From: Microbacteriaceae bacterium
GTDB taxonomy: Bacteria; Actinomycetota; Actinomycetes; Actinomycetales; Microbacteriaceae
Direction: 5' to 3'
DNA length: 64,000 nt
Assembly: GCA_030841285.1 (NCBI GenBank)
Contig: JAVECW010000071.1
Location: forward strand, 1,176 to 65,175
Shown: piece after piece, positions 48,840 to 56,702 of the stretch
How positions within the stretch are numbered: the first letter of the stretch is position 1
How the letters are laid out: each line of letters starts with the position of its first letter
The notes under the pieces: model-generated
Seen by the model: the letters and a program-made list of their open reading frames with translations, nothing else
What the model was told of the DNA's origin: nothing
The model's database searches: none
Program-made: the position numbers and the translations under genes

Positions 48840-48860
48840 ATCATTTGGCAGAATGGGCTC

Positions 48861-49409
48861 GTGAGTACCTTTCCCCGCACCCGCAAGTCCAAGCTCGGTT
48901 ACGACGTCGAGCAGGTTGAGGACTTCCTCCAGGAAGCCAGGCGTGCGTATGACGCGGACCGCGATGATGTCGCTGTCCTGACGGCAGCAGACATCCGCCG
49001 TATGGCCTTCACGATGCAAAAGGGCGGATTTTCGCCCGCACATGTGGATGCGGCACTCGAGCGCCTTGAGGATGCCTTCGCGTCGAGGGAACGCGAGATC
49101 GCGCGCGCGCTGCAGGGCGAGGCTGCCTTGTACGAGGAGGCGCGGACGACCGCTCAGGTCATCCTGAACCGGTTGGACCGTCCGCAGAATCACCGCTTCG
49201 ATCGCACGAGCATTCTCACATTCGGATACAACCGTGCCGATGTCGACCGATTTGCGGGTCGTCTCTTCCGCTATTTTCAGGAGGGCAAACCCATGAGCAT
49301 CGACGAGGTTCGCACCATCATCTTCCGCCCTCAGCGCGGTGGATACAAGGAAGTCCAGGTCGATTTGCTTCTCGACAGCGTGACCGATGTGATGCTGGCG
49401 GTTCGCTGA
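48861..49409 (+). CDS. DivIVA-motif repeat protein
   Basis: 182 aa, GTG start. Four copies of a G[YF]xxxxV[DE]xxL unit (GYDVEQVEDFL, GFSPAHVDAAL, GYNRADVDRFA, GYKEVQVDLLL). Confidence 0.75.
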   Translation: MSTFPRTRKSKLGYDVEQVEDFLQEARRAYDADRDDVAVLTAADIRRMAFTMQKGGFSPAHVDAALERLEDAFASREREIARALQGEAALYEEARTTAQVILNRLDRPQNHRFDRTSILTFGYNRADVDRFAGRLFRYFQEGKPMSIDEVRTIIFRPQRGGYKEVQVDLLLDSVTDVMLAVR

Positions 49410-49505
49410 GACTGCGGCCGCGCATTGGCGTGACCGCCCGATCTCCGTTATTGTTTTGTGATCGTGGGTAGACGAGTAGCAGAACGGGTGCCCTCCAGCC
49501 GGGTT

Positions 49506-50171
49506 ATGCGAGTTGGAGTGGTTGCCAGACGACCCCAACCGCCGCAGGGTCACACCCCGCGAAGTCGTCGTGTCAGCTTCCGGCCCAAGGCCAGCCAACT
49601 GCTCGTCGCGTTCACCGCCGCAGTCGGATTCCTCCTGGTCAATGTCGTCGATCCGTACTCCGGTGCGACAGCCGCACCGAACTTCAATGTCGCGACCTCG
49701 CGCTTTGGCGACCTGGCGGTCCAGACGGTTGCCGCCGTCAACACGAACGGTGCCACGGTTACCCGCGATGGCGTCACCGTGAAGGCACCACCACCACCCC
49801 CGCCGGCCAAGGTGACCGTTGCCCCCGCTCATAGTGGAGGAGGCGCTCCAGCGGCGGGTGTGCCGAATCCGGGTACCGCGCAGGCGATCGCCCTCCAGGA
49901 CGTCCAGGCTCGCGGTTGGGGCATGGACCAATACAACTGTCTTGTCTCCCTGTGGAACAAGGAATCCCACTGGAACGTGTATTCCTTCAACGCGTCGAGC
50001 GGCGCGTACGGCATCCCGCAGGCGCTGCCTGGGAGCAAGATGGCGAGCGTAGGCGCTGACTGGCAGACCAATCCGGCCACCCAGATCACGTGGGGCCTCG
50101 GATACATCGTCGGCCGTTACAGCACGCCCTGTGGCGCGTGGAGCCACTCGCAGAGCACGGGCTGGTACTAG
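49506..50171 (+). CDS. secreted transglycosylase-like (SLT/Apf C-terminal-like) cell-wall protein
   Basis: ORF 49458-50171 (start is ATG 49506 or GTG 49458). N-terminal TM/signal, Pro-rich linker, and C-terminal block LWNKESHWN...SSGAYGIPQALPGSKM. Confidence 0.7.
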   Translation: MRVGVVARRPQPPQGHTPRSRRVSFRPKASQLLVAFTAAVGFLLVNVVDPYSGATAAPNFNVATSRFGDLAVQTVAAVNTNGATVTRDGVTVKAPPPPPPAKVTVAPAHSGGGAPAAGVPNPGTAQAIALQDVQARGWGMDQYNCLVSLWNKESHWNVYSFNASSGAYGIPQALPGSKMASVGADWQTNPATQITWGLGYIVGRYSTPCGAWSHSQSTGWY

Positions 50172-50285
50172 GCGAATCCGCCCAGTGCGATTCGCGTCGC
50201 CCTGCGCCCCTTCTTAGCTACGAAGCGGCAGCGCTCCGGGCGACCTCGCTCTGGCACGTCTCCGCGGTCGATCTAGACTGGAAGC

Positions 50286-50588
50286 ATGCCGCGCAGCAAT
50301 CGACCCGGAGGGCGTAAGAACGGGTCCGGTGGCGAGGATGAGGTCTTCGATCTCTCCCACATCATGGCCGGCTGGCGACGCACTGAGCAGCGCAGGGGCG
50401 CTACGTGGAACGTACAGCCGATTTCGGCGGTGCAGGCGGTTAAGAGCTATGTGTGCCCTGGCTGTGGTCTTGAGGTCCTGCCTGGCACTGCCCACCTCGT
50501 CACCTGGCGAGCGGATGGCGTGATGGGCGATTCTGCAGATATCGCGGCCAGACGGCACTGGCACACCCACTGCTGGAAGATCAGCTAG
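50286..50588 (+). CDS. small conserved-looking zinc-ribbon-like protein
   Basis: 100 aa. Basic N-terminus. CPGC ... HTHC spaced 33 residues apart. Confidence 0.6.
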   Translation: MPRSNRPGGRKNGSGGEDEVFDLSHIMAGWRRTEQRRGATWNVQPISAVQAVKSYVCPGCGLEVLPGTAHLVTWRADGVMGDSADIAARRHWHTHCWKIS

Positions 50589-50606
50589 AGCGAAGGACAT
50601 CCCGTC

Positions 50607-51356
50607 ATGACAGCTGCCACCGAGATTCGTAGTGGAACCGAGCTCCCTGCGCGGAGGGAAGACATCGAGCTTCTCACGAGCGATGGGCTTCGGCTTGTAG
50701 GCGAGCTTGCACTCCCGGCCGATCGCGAGCCAGTCGCCACGCTTGTGACGCTGCATCCGTTGCCCGCCGGAGGCGGGTTCATGGACTCGCACATCCTTCG
50801 CAAGGCCGCCGCGCGGCTGCCGGCCCTCGCCGACATCGCCGTGCTGCGCTTCAACACCCGCGGCACGCACTCCCCGCGTGGTACGAGCGAGGGCAGCTTC
50901 GGCAATGGGATCACCGAGCGATACGACGTCGAGGCCGCCATGGCCTTCGTCGCCGAGCGCGGCCTGCCGCATCCCTGGCTCGTCGGATGGTCGTTCGGCA
51001 CGGAGCTCGCGCTCATGTACGGCAGGGAGTTTCCCATCGATGGCGCGATCCTGTTGTCTCCACCCCTGCATCGTGCGACCCAGGCACAGGTGGGGGCGTG
51101 GGCGGGCGACGAGCGCAGGCTCGTGGCCGTGATCCCCGAGCTGGACGACTACCTGCGGCCGGACGCAGCGGCCGAACGCTTTGCGCCAGTGCCGACCATC
51201 GAACTGGTCCCGGTCGAGGGCGGCAAGCACCTGTGGGTGGGAGAGACGCAGACGCGGCGTGTGCTCACCGAAATCGTCGAACGGGTCAATCCGAGTGCGC
51301 TGCCGTTGCCGACGGAATGGTTGGGGGCTTCTACAACTCGTTCTGGCGGGGAATGA
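50607..51356 (+). CDS. alpha/beta hydrolase
   Basis: 249 aa. Nucleophile elbow GWSFG. Confidence 0.75.
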   Translation: MTAATEIRSGTELPARREDIELLTSDGLRLVGELALPADREPVATLVTLHPLPAGGGFMDSHILRKAAARLPALADIAVLRFNTRGTHSPRGTSEGSFGNGITERYDVEAAMAFVAERGLPHPWLVGWSFGTELALMYGREFPIDGAILLSPPLHRATQAQVGAWAGDERRLVAVIPELDDYLRPDAAAERFAPVPTIELVPVEGGKHLWVGETQTRRVLTEIVERVNPSALPLPTEWLGASTTRSGGE

Positions 51357-52383
51357 GAACCTGCTTGATGATGAGCAGGATCGATGCCGCGACCGGGATT
51401 GCGATGAGCGCCCCGAGGATCCCGAGCAGGGAACCGCCTGCCAGGGCCGCGATGACGACGACGGCGCCCGGCACTGCGACCGCGCGTCGCATGATGTTCG
51501 GGCTCAGCACGTATGCCTCGACCTGCATGTAGATGAGGTAGTAGATCGCCGCGACAAGCCCGGTCAGAGGTGACCCGAGGCCAGGGATGAGGCACACGAG
51601 CACGATGATGAAGGATCCCGAGAGTGTTCCGACAAGGGGGATGAGCGAGAAGAGGAACGCGACGAAGGCGAGCACCGCGGGGAAGGGCGCCTTGATGATC
51701 GACAGGAAGATGAAGCTCAGCAACGCGTTGACGGAGGCAAGCGCGACCTGTCCGATCACGTAGCGGCCGACCGACTGGGTGATCTGTTCGCTCAGGTCGG
51801 CAAAGCGTTCGCGCTTGGAGGCTGGCACGAGCTGGTACATGCCACGCTTGATCGAGTGCAGTGAAGCCGTGAAGTACAGCGTCAGGATGAGGACGACGAT
51901 CGCGCCGAAGAATCCGTTAATGATCGAGAATCCGACGGCGAGAATGCCACCCGCGAGATCGGTGAGCTTCTTGGGATCCGTGAAGAAGGACGTGATGCTA
52001 TCAAGGACCTGCTTCACATTCGCCGAACCGAACTGGTTATTGAGCGAGCCGACCCAGTCCTGCGACTGGATGCTCGAAGCGATGCGCGGGATCTCCTGGA
52101 CCAACTGGCCGATCTGGCCCGAGATGATCGGCACCACCGCGAAAATGAGGCCCACGAAGATGGCAAGCACGCCCACGAGCACAGTCACAATCGCCGCCCA
52201 GCGGGGGAATCTGCGCTTCTCGAGCCAGGACACCGCCGGATCTAACCCGAGCGCAATGAAGAGCGCAGCTCCGATATAGGTGAGGATCGATGACAGGGTG
52301 ACGATCGAGGTCAGGATCAGCCAGCCGAGACCAACGCCGAGAGTCGCGATGAGCCCGAATCGGAACGCGTTCTGAATCTTCAC
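51331..52383 (-). CDS. AI-2E family transporter (PerM-like permease)
   Basis: 350 aa, GTG start, about 8 TM helices, AI-2E-like sequence. Its 3' end overlaps the convergent hydrolase by 26 nt. Confidence 0.88.
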   Translation of the reverse strand: MKIQNAFRFGLIATLGVGLGWLILTSIVTLSSILTYIGAALFIALGLDPAVSWLEKRRFPRWAAIVTVLVGVLAIFVGLIFAVVPIISGQIGQLVQEIPRIASSIQSQDWVGSLNNQFGSANVKQVLDSITSFFTDPKKLTDLAGGILAVGFSIINGFFGAIVVLILTLYFTASLHSIKRGMYQLVPASKRERFADLSEQITQSVGRYVIGQVALASVNALLSFIFLSIIKAPFPAVLAFVAFLFSLIPLVGTLSGSFIIVLVCLIPGLGSPLTGLVAAIYYLIYMQVEAYVLSPNIMRRAVAVPGAVVVIAALAGGSLLGILGALIAIPVAASILLIIKQVLIPRQNEL

Positions 52384-52409
52384 TCGGTGTTCTCCCCCAT
52401 CGGTGGATC

Positions 52410-54551
52410 TCAGCTCTTGTCTGCGGTCACCTTCTCCGCCTGCTGCAGCACACCACGAAGGCTCTCGAAGTAGCCGGCGACGGCGTCTCGTTCGATCCTA
52501 ATCTGGGAAAGGCGGTCCTCTGCGTCAGCCACGAGCTTGGCGGTGCGTTCTTCTGCCTCGTCGGTCATCGCCTTCGCGCGGTCTTCCGCGTTGCCGAGGA
52601 TCTCGGCGGCCGTCTCATCGGCGTGCTTGCGCGCGGCCTTGGCGTCCGAGCGTGCGGCGGCTTCGACGGTGTCGGCCTCGAGTCGCTTGTCGTTGGTGCG
52701 ACGGATCGCGTCGGCAAGCTGCTGGTTGGCTTCGTCGAGGTACTTCTGGGTCTGGGCGACGGCCTCCTGGTGCAACGCCAGGTGTTCCTTCTCCGCCTCG
52801 TCGCGACGCGCCTTGAGTTCGATATCGAGGTCGATCCGCGCCTGTTCGCTCTCGCGGTTCTGCAACTCGGCAGCGTCATATGCCTCCTTGCGCACGTCGG
52901 CGAGTTCTTTCGCGAGCTGCGCGCGAGCCTGCTCGCTCTCGTGTGCGAACTTGGAGCCTGCCGTGTCGATCTCGGCCGCGAGATCGGCGCGTGCCTGATC
53001 GATCTCGCGCTTGAGGTCTGCTCTCGCCTGGTCGGTCTCGGTGGCCAACGCGACCGTGGTCTGTTCGACGTGGTTCGCGAGCGTGGCCCGCGTCTCGTCG
53101 CTCTCCTTGTCGAAGTTGGCCTTCGCCTGCTCGATCTCGTTGGCGAGGTCGGCGCGCGCCTGTTCGATCTCGGCGGCCAGATCCGCCCGCGCCTGCTCAG
53201 TCTCGGTGGTCAGCGCGATCCTGGCCTGCTCGGACTCGTTGGCGAGGGTGATCCGCGTTTGTTCGACCTCGTTGGCGAGGGTGATCCGCGTTTGTTCGAC
53301 CTCGTTCGCGAGGGTGATCCTGGTCTGGTCTACGTCGTTGGCGAGGGTGATCCTGGTCTGTTCGGACTCGTTGGCGAGGGTGATCCTGGTCTCTTCAACG
53401 TCGTTCGCAAGTCTGGCTCGTGTCTCTTCGACCTCGTTCGCAAGCCTGGCTCGTGTCTCTTCGACCTCGTTCCTGAGTGTCGCGCGGGTCTCCTCGACCT
53501 CGTTCGCGAGACTCGCCTGTGTCTCTTCGACCTCGTTCGCGAGCGCAGCGCGTGTCTCATCGCTCTCCTTCGCGAGGGTGATCCTGGTCTGTTCCGTCTC
53601 GTTCGCGAGCGTGACCCTGGTCTGCTCCGTCTCGTTCGCGAGCGTGACCCGCGTCTGCTCCGTCTCGGTGGCGATGGCGAGGCGTGCCGCTTCCGTTTCA
53701 TTCGCGAGATCCGCCCTGGCTTGCTTCGCCTCGGATTCGAGGGTGATGCGTGTCTGGGTCGTTTCGGTCTCGAGGTCGATCCTGGCCTGCTCCATCTCCT
53801 TGGCGAGGTCGGAGCGGGCCTGCTCGGTCTCCTTGGTGAGTTCCGCGCGCTTCGCTTCGAGTTCGCGGGAGACCTCGGCCCTGGTCTGTTCGACCTCACG
53901 GGTGAGTCCCTCGGCTTCCGCGCGCGCGGCGGCGGCCTCGCGAGTGGCGACGACCTTCAGTTCGGCTGCCTCTCGCTCGGCCTCGGCACGCAACGCCGCA
54001 GCCTCCCGCCTGCTGGTTGCCCGGAGTTCAGCGGCTTCAGTTGCGACGGCGCCACGGATCGCCGCAGCCTCGCGCATCGCATCCTGCGTAAGGGTTTCCT
54101 TGTCCGCGCTCGCTTTCGTGAGCAGCTCGTTCGCCTCGGCGGTGGCATCGTCGAGTGCACTCGCGGCCCGCGTCCGCGCATCAGCCAGAACACGCTCGGC
54201 GTGTTGCGCGGCGGCCTGCTTGATCTTCTCCACCTCGGCGGTGACGCTGCTGCGCAGCTTCTCGGCGTCGATGTCGGCCTGGGCGATGAGGCGGGTCGAC
54301 TGTTCCTCGGCGACGCGGAGGGTGTTCTCGAGCTTTGTGCCGAGGCCGGAGAAGGTCGGGCTGCCGACCTCTTCGATCTCGGCATTGAGCTCGTCGATGC
54401 GTGCGTTCAGCCGCTTGACCTCTTTTGCGGCATCCGCACTCTGGGTGTTCGCCTTGATCAGCTCGCGACGCAGGCCCTGGATGGCCTTGCCAACCTCGTC
54501 CTTGTCGTAGCCGCGGAACACCTGCGTGAAGTTTGCTTCGTCGGTAGCCAC
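52410..54551 (-). CDS. DivIVA-domain coiled-coil protein with ~30 hendecad (11-aa) repeats
   Basis: ORF 52410-54599 trimmed to GTG 54551 (AGGAG 5 nt upstream). N-terminal FRGYDKDEVGKAIQGL DivIVA-type motif. The rest is Ala/Glu/Arg/Thr-rich helix-forming sequence. Confidence 0.85.
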   Translation of the reverse strand: MATDEANFTQVFRGYDKDEVGKAIQGLRRELIKANTQSADAAKEVKRLNARIDELNAEIEEVGSPTFSGLGTKLENTLRVAEEQSTRLIAQADIDAEKLRSSVTAEVEKIKQAAAQHAERVLADARTRAASALDDATAEANELLTKASADKETLTQDAMREAAAIRGAVATEAAELRATSRREAAALRAEAEREAAELKVVATREAAAARAEAEGLTREVEQTRAEVSRELEAKRAELTKETEQARSDLAKEMEQARIDLETETTQTRITLESEAKQARADLANETEAARLAIATETEQTRVTLANETEQTRVTLANETEQTRITLAKESDETRAALANEVEETQASLANEVEETRATLRNEVEETRARLANEVEETRARLANDVEETRITLANESEQTRITLANDVDQTRITLANEVEQTRITLANEVEQTRITLANESEQARIALTTETEQARADLAAEIEQARADLANEIEQAKANFDKESDETRATLANHVEQTTVALATETDQARADLKREIDQARADLAAEIDTAGSKFAHESEQARAQLAKELADVRKEAYDAAELQNRESEQARIDLDIELKARRDEAEKEHLALHQEAVAQTQKYLDEANQQLADAIRRTNDKRLEADTVEAAARSDAKAARKHADETAAEILGNAEDRAKAMTDEAEERTAKLVADAEDRLSQIRIERDAVAGYFESLRGVLQQAEKVTADKS
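52905..53894 (-). repeat. 33-bp periodic coding tandem array (about 30 units)
   Basis: Protein units include TEQTRVTLANE, VEETRARLANE, VEQTRITLANE and IEQARADLANE. Units 53235-53267 and 53268-53300 are identical 33-mers. Confidence 0.9.
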
Positions 54552-54863
54552 AATTTCTCCTGGTCCTGGGGGCCGGCAGGATCTGCCATGCAAGCCCATC
54601 CGATTTTAGTCACCCGGCTCATGCAGTGCACGCATGGGCTTTCTCGAGCGCGTGGATGGTCCTGTAAGGCAACGATGAGCGGGTTCTCAGGGACGTCCGG
54701 TATTGTGGAATGTCTTTGTTGTTGCCATTCAGGCCGCGCGTGCGTGGCCGATGGTGCGGTCTCAACCCGAGTGAGAGCAGCTTTCGCTGTTCGGGCCGCA
54801 CCCGGCAGGTCGGCCGTTCGCGGACGAGTGTTGAGTGGATGTGCCACACAGGAGGGGTTTTAC

Positions 54864-56702
54864 GTGCGTTTCGTACTCGCCATCGTGGCATTCGTTGTCG
54901 CCGCGGCCATGATCGGCGTCGGCATTGCCCAGCGTACGATCCTTGCACCGCCCAACGACGTCGCTGCAGCGGCGACCATTCCGGGCGGAGAGCCGTTCAC
55001 GGTCATCGACGGTAAGGTCCTCAACGCCCACCCTGGCCAGCAGACGCTGTATGTGAGCGGCGCATCCAAACAGTTCGTCGCATATGGCCGCACGGCCGAC
55101 GTGATCGCATGGCTCGGTGACTCGCCATACGCGAGCGTCCGGTACAACGCGACGACCAATGCACTGACAAGCAGGGTGGTGACGCCCAAGTCGACGGCAG
55201 GCAGCGGCTCGACTCCTGCTCCGGCTCCGACCACAGGTGCCACAGGTGCCCCAGGTGCCACCGGTGCCGCCGCAGCGAGCAACCCAGCGGGATCCGATCT
55301 GTGGCTCGAAGAATTCAGCGGGGCCAACGCCGCGACAACGCGCATGAACGTGCCGAGCAACATCAGCGTGATCATCGCGAGCGACGGCACCCACGCCGCA
55401 CCCAATTCGGTGCGCCTCGTGTGGCCATTGAATGGCTCGACCCCGTGGTCGGGGCCGCTCATCGTGGGTGGCGGCATCCTATTGTTGATCGGCCTCGCGC
55501 TCTACCTCTGGGGGCTCTATAACCTCCGCAAGTCGCGTGGTCCGCGCAGAAGTGGCCCCAAGATGCCCAAGCTGCCGAAGTCGCCCAGGTACCGGCCGGT
55601 CAGGGCGATCGAGTCGAGCAGCAAGGGGCGTCGCTCCATTCGTCGCTCTGTAGTCGTCGCAGGGCCGACAGTGATCATCAGCGCGCTCGTCCTCTCGGGC
55701 TGCTCGGCCGACTACTGGCCCAGCTTCTCCAGTTCTTCATCACCGACCGCCACGTCGACTGCTGGTTCGACGGCCGTGCCCAACGCGCCGGCAGGTGTGA
55801 TCCCGCCGGATGTGACCGTTCCACAGCTCCAGAACATCATTGCCAAGATCGCCGCTCTGACGACGAATGCCGACACCACCATGAATTCCAATGCGCTTGC
55901 CACTCGCTTTGCCGGCCCGGCGCTCGCGCTGCGGCAGGCGAACTACGCGATTCGCGCGAAGAATCCGAGCGAGCCTGCCCTGCCACCGATCCCAGCCGCG
56001 TCGTTCCTGGCCACTCTGCCCCAGGCGACGGATACGTGGCCGCGCGTCGTCGAGACCGTGATCCAGAATAAGAACGATGCCAAGCAGGCGCCCATCGCCC
56101 TCGTGCTGGTGCAGCAGACCCCGCGTGACAATTACATGATCAACTACGCGGTGTCGCTCGAGCCCGACGCCAAGGTCCCTGACCTCGCTCCGGCCAGCAT
56201 CGGCTCGTCGGTCGTGCCGCCCGATTCCAAGCTCCTGCTCCTGCCTCCGCAGGACATCGCCGCCGCGTATGGCGACATCCTGCTCAATGGTGCCAAGAGC
56301 AAGGACTTCTCCCTGTTCGAAGCGAAGGGCGATACGCTGCGCACGGCGGTTGGAGCCGACTACAAGGCGAGCAAGATTGCAAGTGTTCCCGCAACGGCGT
56401 CGCTGGCATTCTCCAACGCCGTCGGCAAGGGAAAGCCCATCGCCATGGCGACCAACGATTCAGGTGCCATCGTGTCGGTCGAGCTTGATGAGACGGAGAC
56501 GCTCAAGGTTGCCCAGGCTGGTGCGGAGGTCGGCGCCGGGGCCGCGGCTGCGGCACTGAGCGGCCTCACAACCAGTAAAAAGGGCATCGTGTCGACCTAC
56601 GCCTACCAGCTGCTCTTCTATGTTCCGCCTGCCCAGTCCACAGCCAAGATCACTCTGCTGGGATTCGCGCAGGGTCTTGTTTCGGCTACGGAGGTGCCAT
56701 GA
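54864..56702 (+). CDS. hypothetical 3-TM envelope protein with internal lipoprotein-like signal
   Basis: GTG 54864 follows GGAGGGG and lies within the chimeric ORF 52623-56702. 612 aa: TM1 at aa 3-23, TM2 at about aa 197-218, a basic linker, then TM3 ending in LSGC (Cys280). Contains Ser/Thr/Pro/Ala-rich linkers. Confidence 0.7.
   Translation: MRFVLAIVAFVVAAAMIGVGIAQRTILAPPNDVAAAATIPGGEPFTVIDGKVLNAHPGQQTLYVSGASKQFVAYGRTADVIAWLGDSPYASVRYNATTNALTSRVVTPKSTAGSGSTPAPAPTTGATGAPGATGAAAASNPAGSDLWLEEFSGANAATTRMNVPSNISVIIASDGTHAAPNSVRLVWPLNGSTPWSGPLIVGGGILLLIGLALYLWGLYNLRKSRGPRRSGPKMPKLPKSPRYRPVRAIESSSKGRRSIRRSVVVAGPTVIISALVLSGCSADYWPSFSSSSSPTATSTAGSTAVPNAPAGVIPPDVTVPQLQNIIAKIAALTTNADTTMNSNALATRFAGPALALRQANYAIRAKNPSEPALPPIPAASFLATLPQATDTWPRVVETVIQNKNDAKQAPIALVLVQQTPRDNYMINYAVSLEPDAKVPDLAPASIGSSVVPPDSKLLLLPPQDIAAAYGDILLNGAKSKDFSLFEAKGDTLRTAVGADYKASKIASVPATASLAFSNAVGKGKPIAMATNDSGAIVSVELDETETLKVAQAGAEVGAGAAAAALSGLTTSKKGIVSTYAYQLLFYVPPAQSTAKITLLGFAQGLVSATEVP

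Noticed and set aside
49410-49505. ydaO-type or other riboswitch upstream of the transglycosylase-like gene
   Set aside because: The spacer is only 96 nt, and no conserved riboswitch blocks or convincing multi-stem fold were seen.
50172-50200. Terminator after the transglycosylase-like gene (GCGAATC ... GATTCGC)
   Set aside because: It has a 7-bp stem with a 10-nt loop and no T tract, so I judged it marginal and did not list it as a feature.
52905-53894. 33-bp periodic array as a possible CRISPR array or noncoding satellite
   Set aside because: There is no repeat-spacer alternation, because every unit is a diverged copy of the same 33-mer. The array is in frame inside a long ORF with a coherent 11-aa protein repeat. 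No cas genes are present.
52623-54863. The 5' two-thirds of the 1359-aa + strand ORF (52623-56702), plus five other long ORFs in all frames across 52537-54510
   Set aside because: They run antisense or out of frame to the hendecad-repeat gene. The biased, periodic codon content (GAG/GCC/CGC/ACC/CTC) removes stops in all six frames. Their translations are Leu/Gly/Arg/Val or Ser/Ala/Arg low-complexity mirrors with the same 11-residue period. A real start with a Shine-Dalgarno sequence exists only at 54864.
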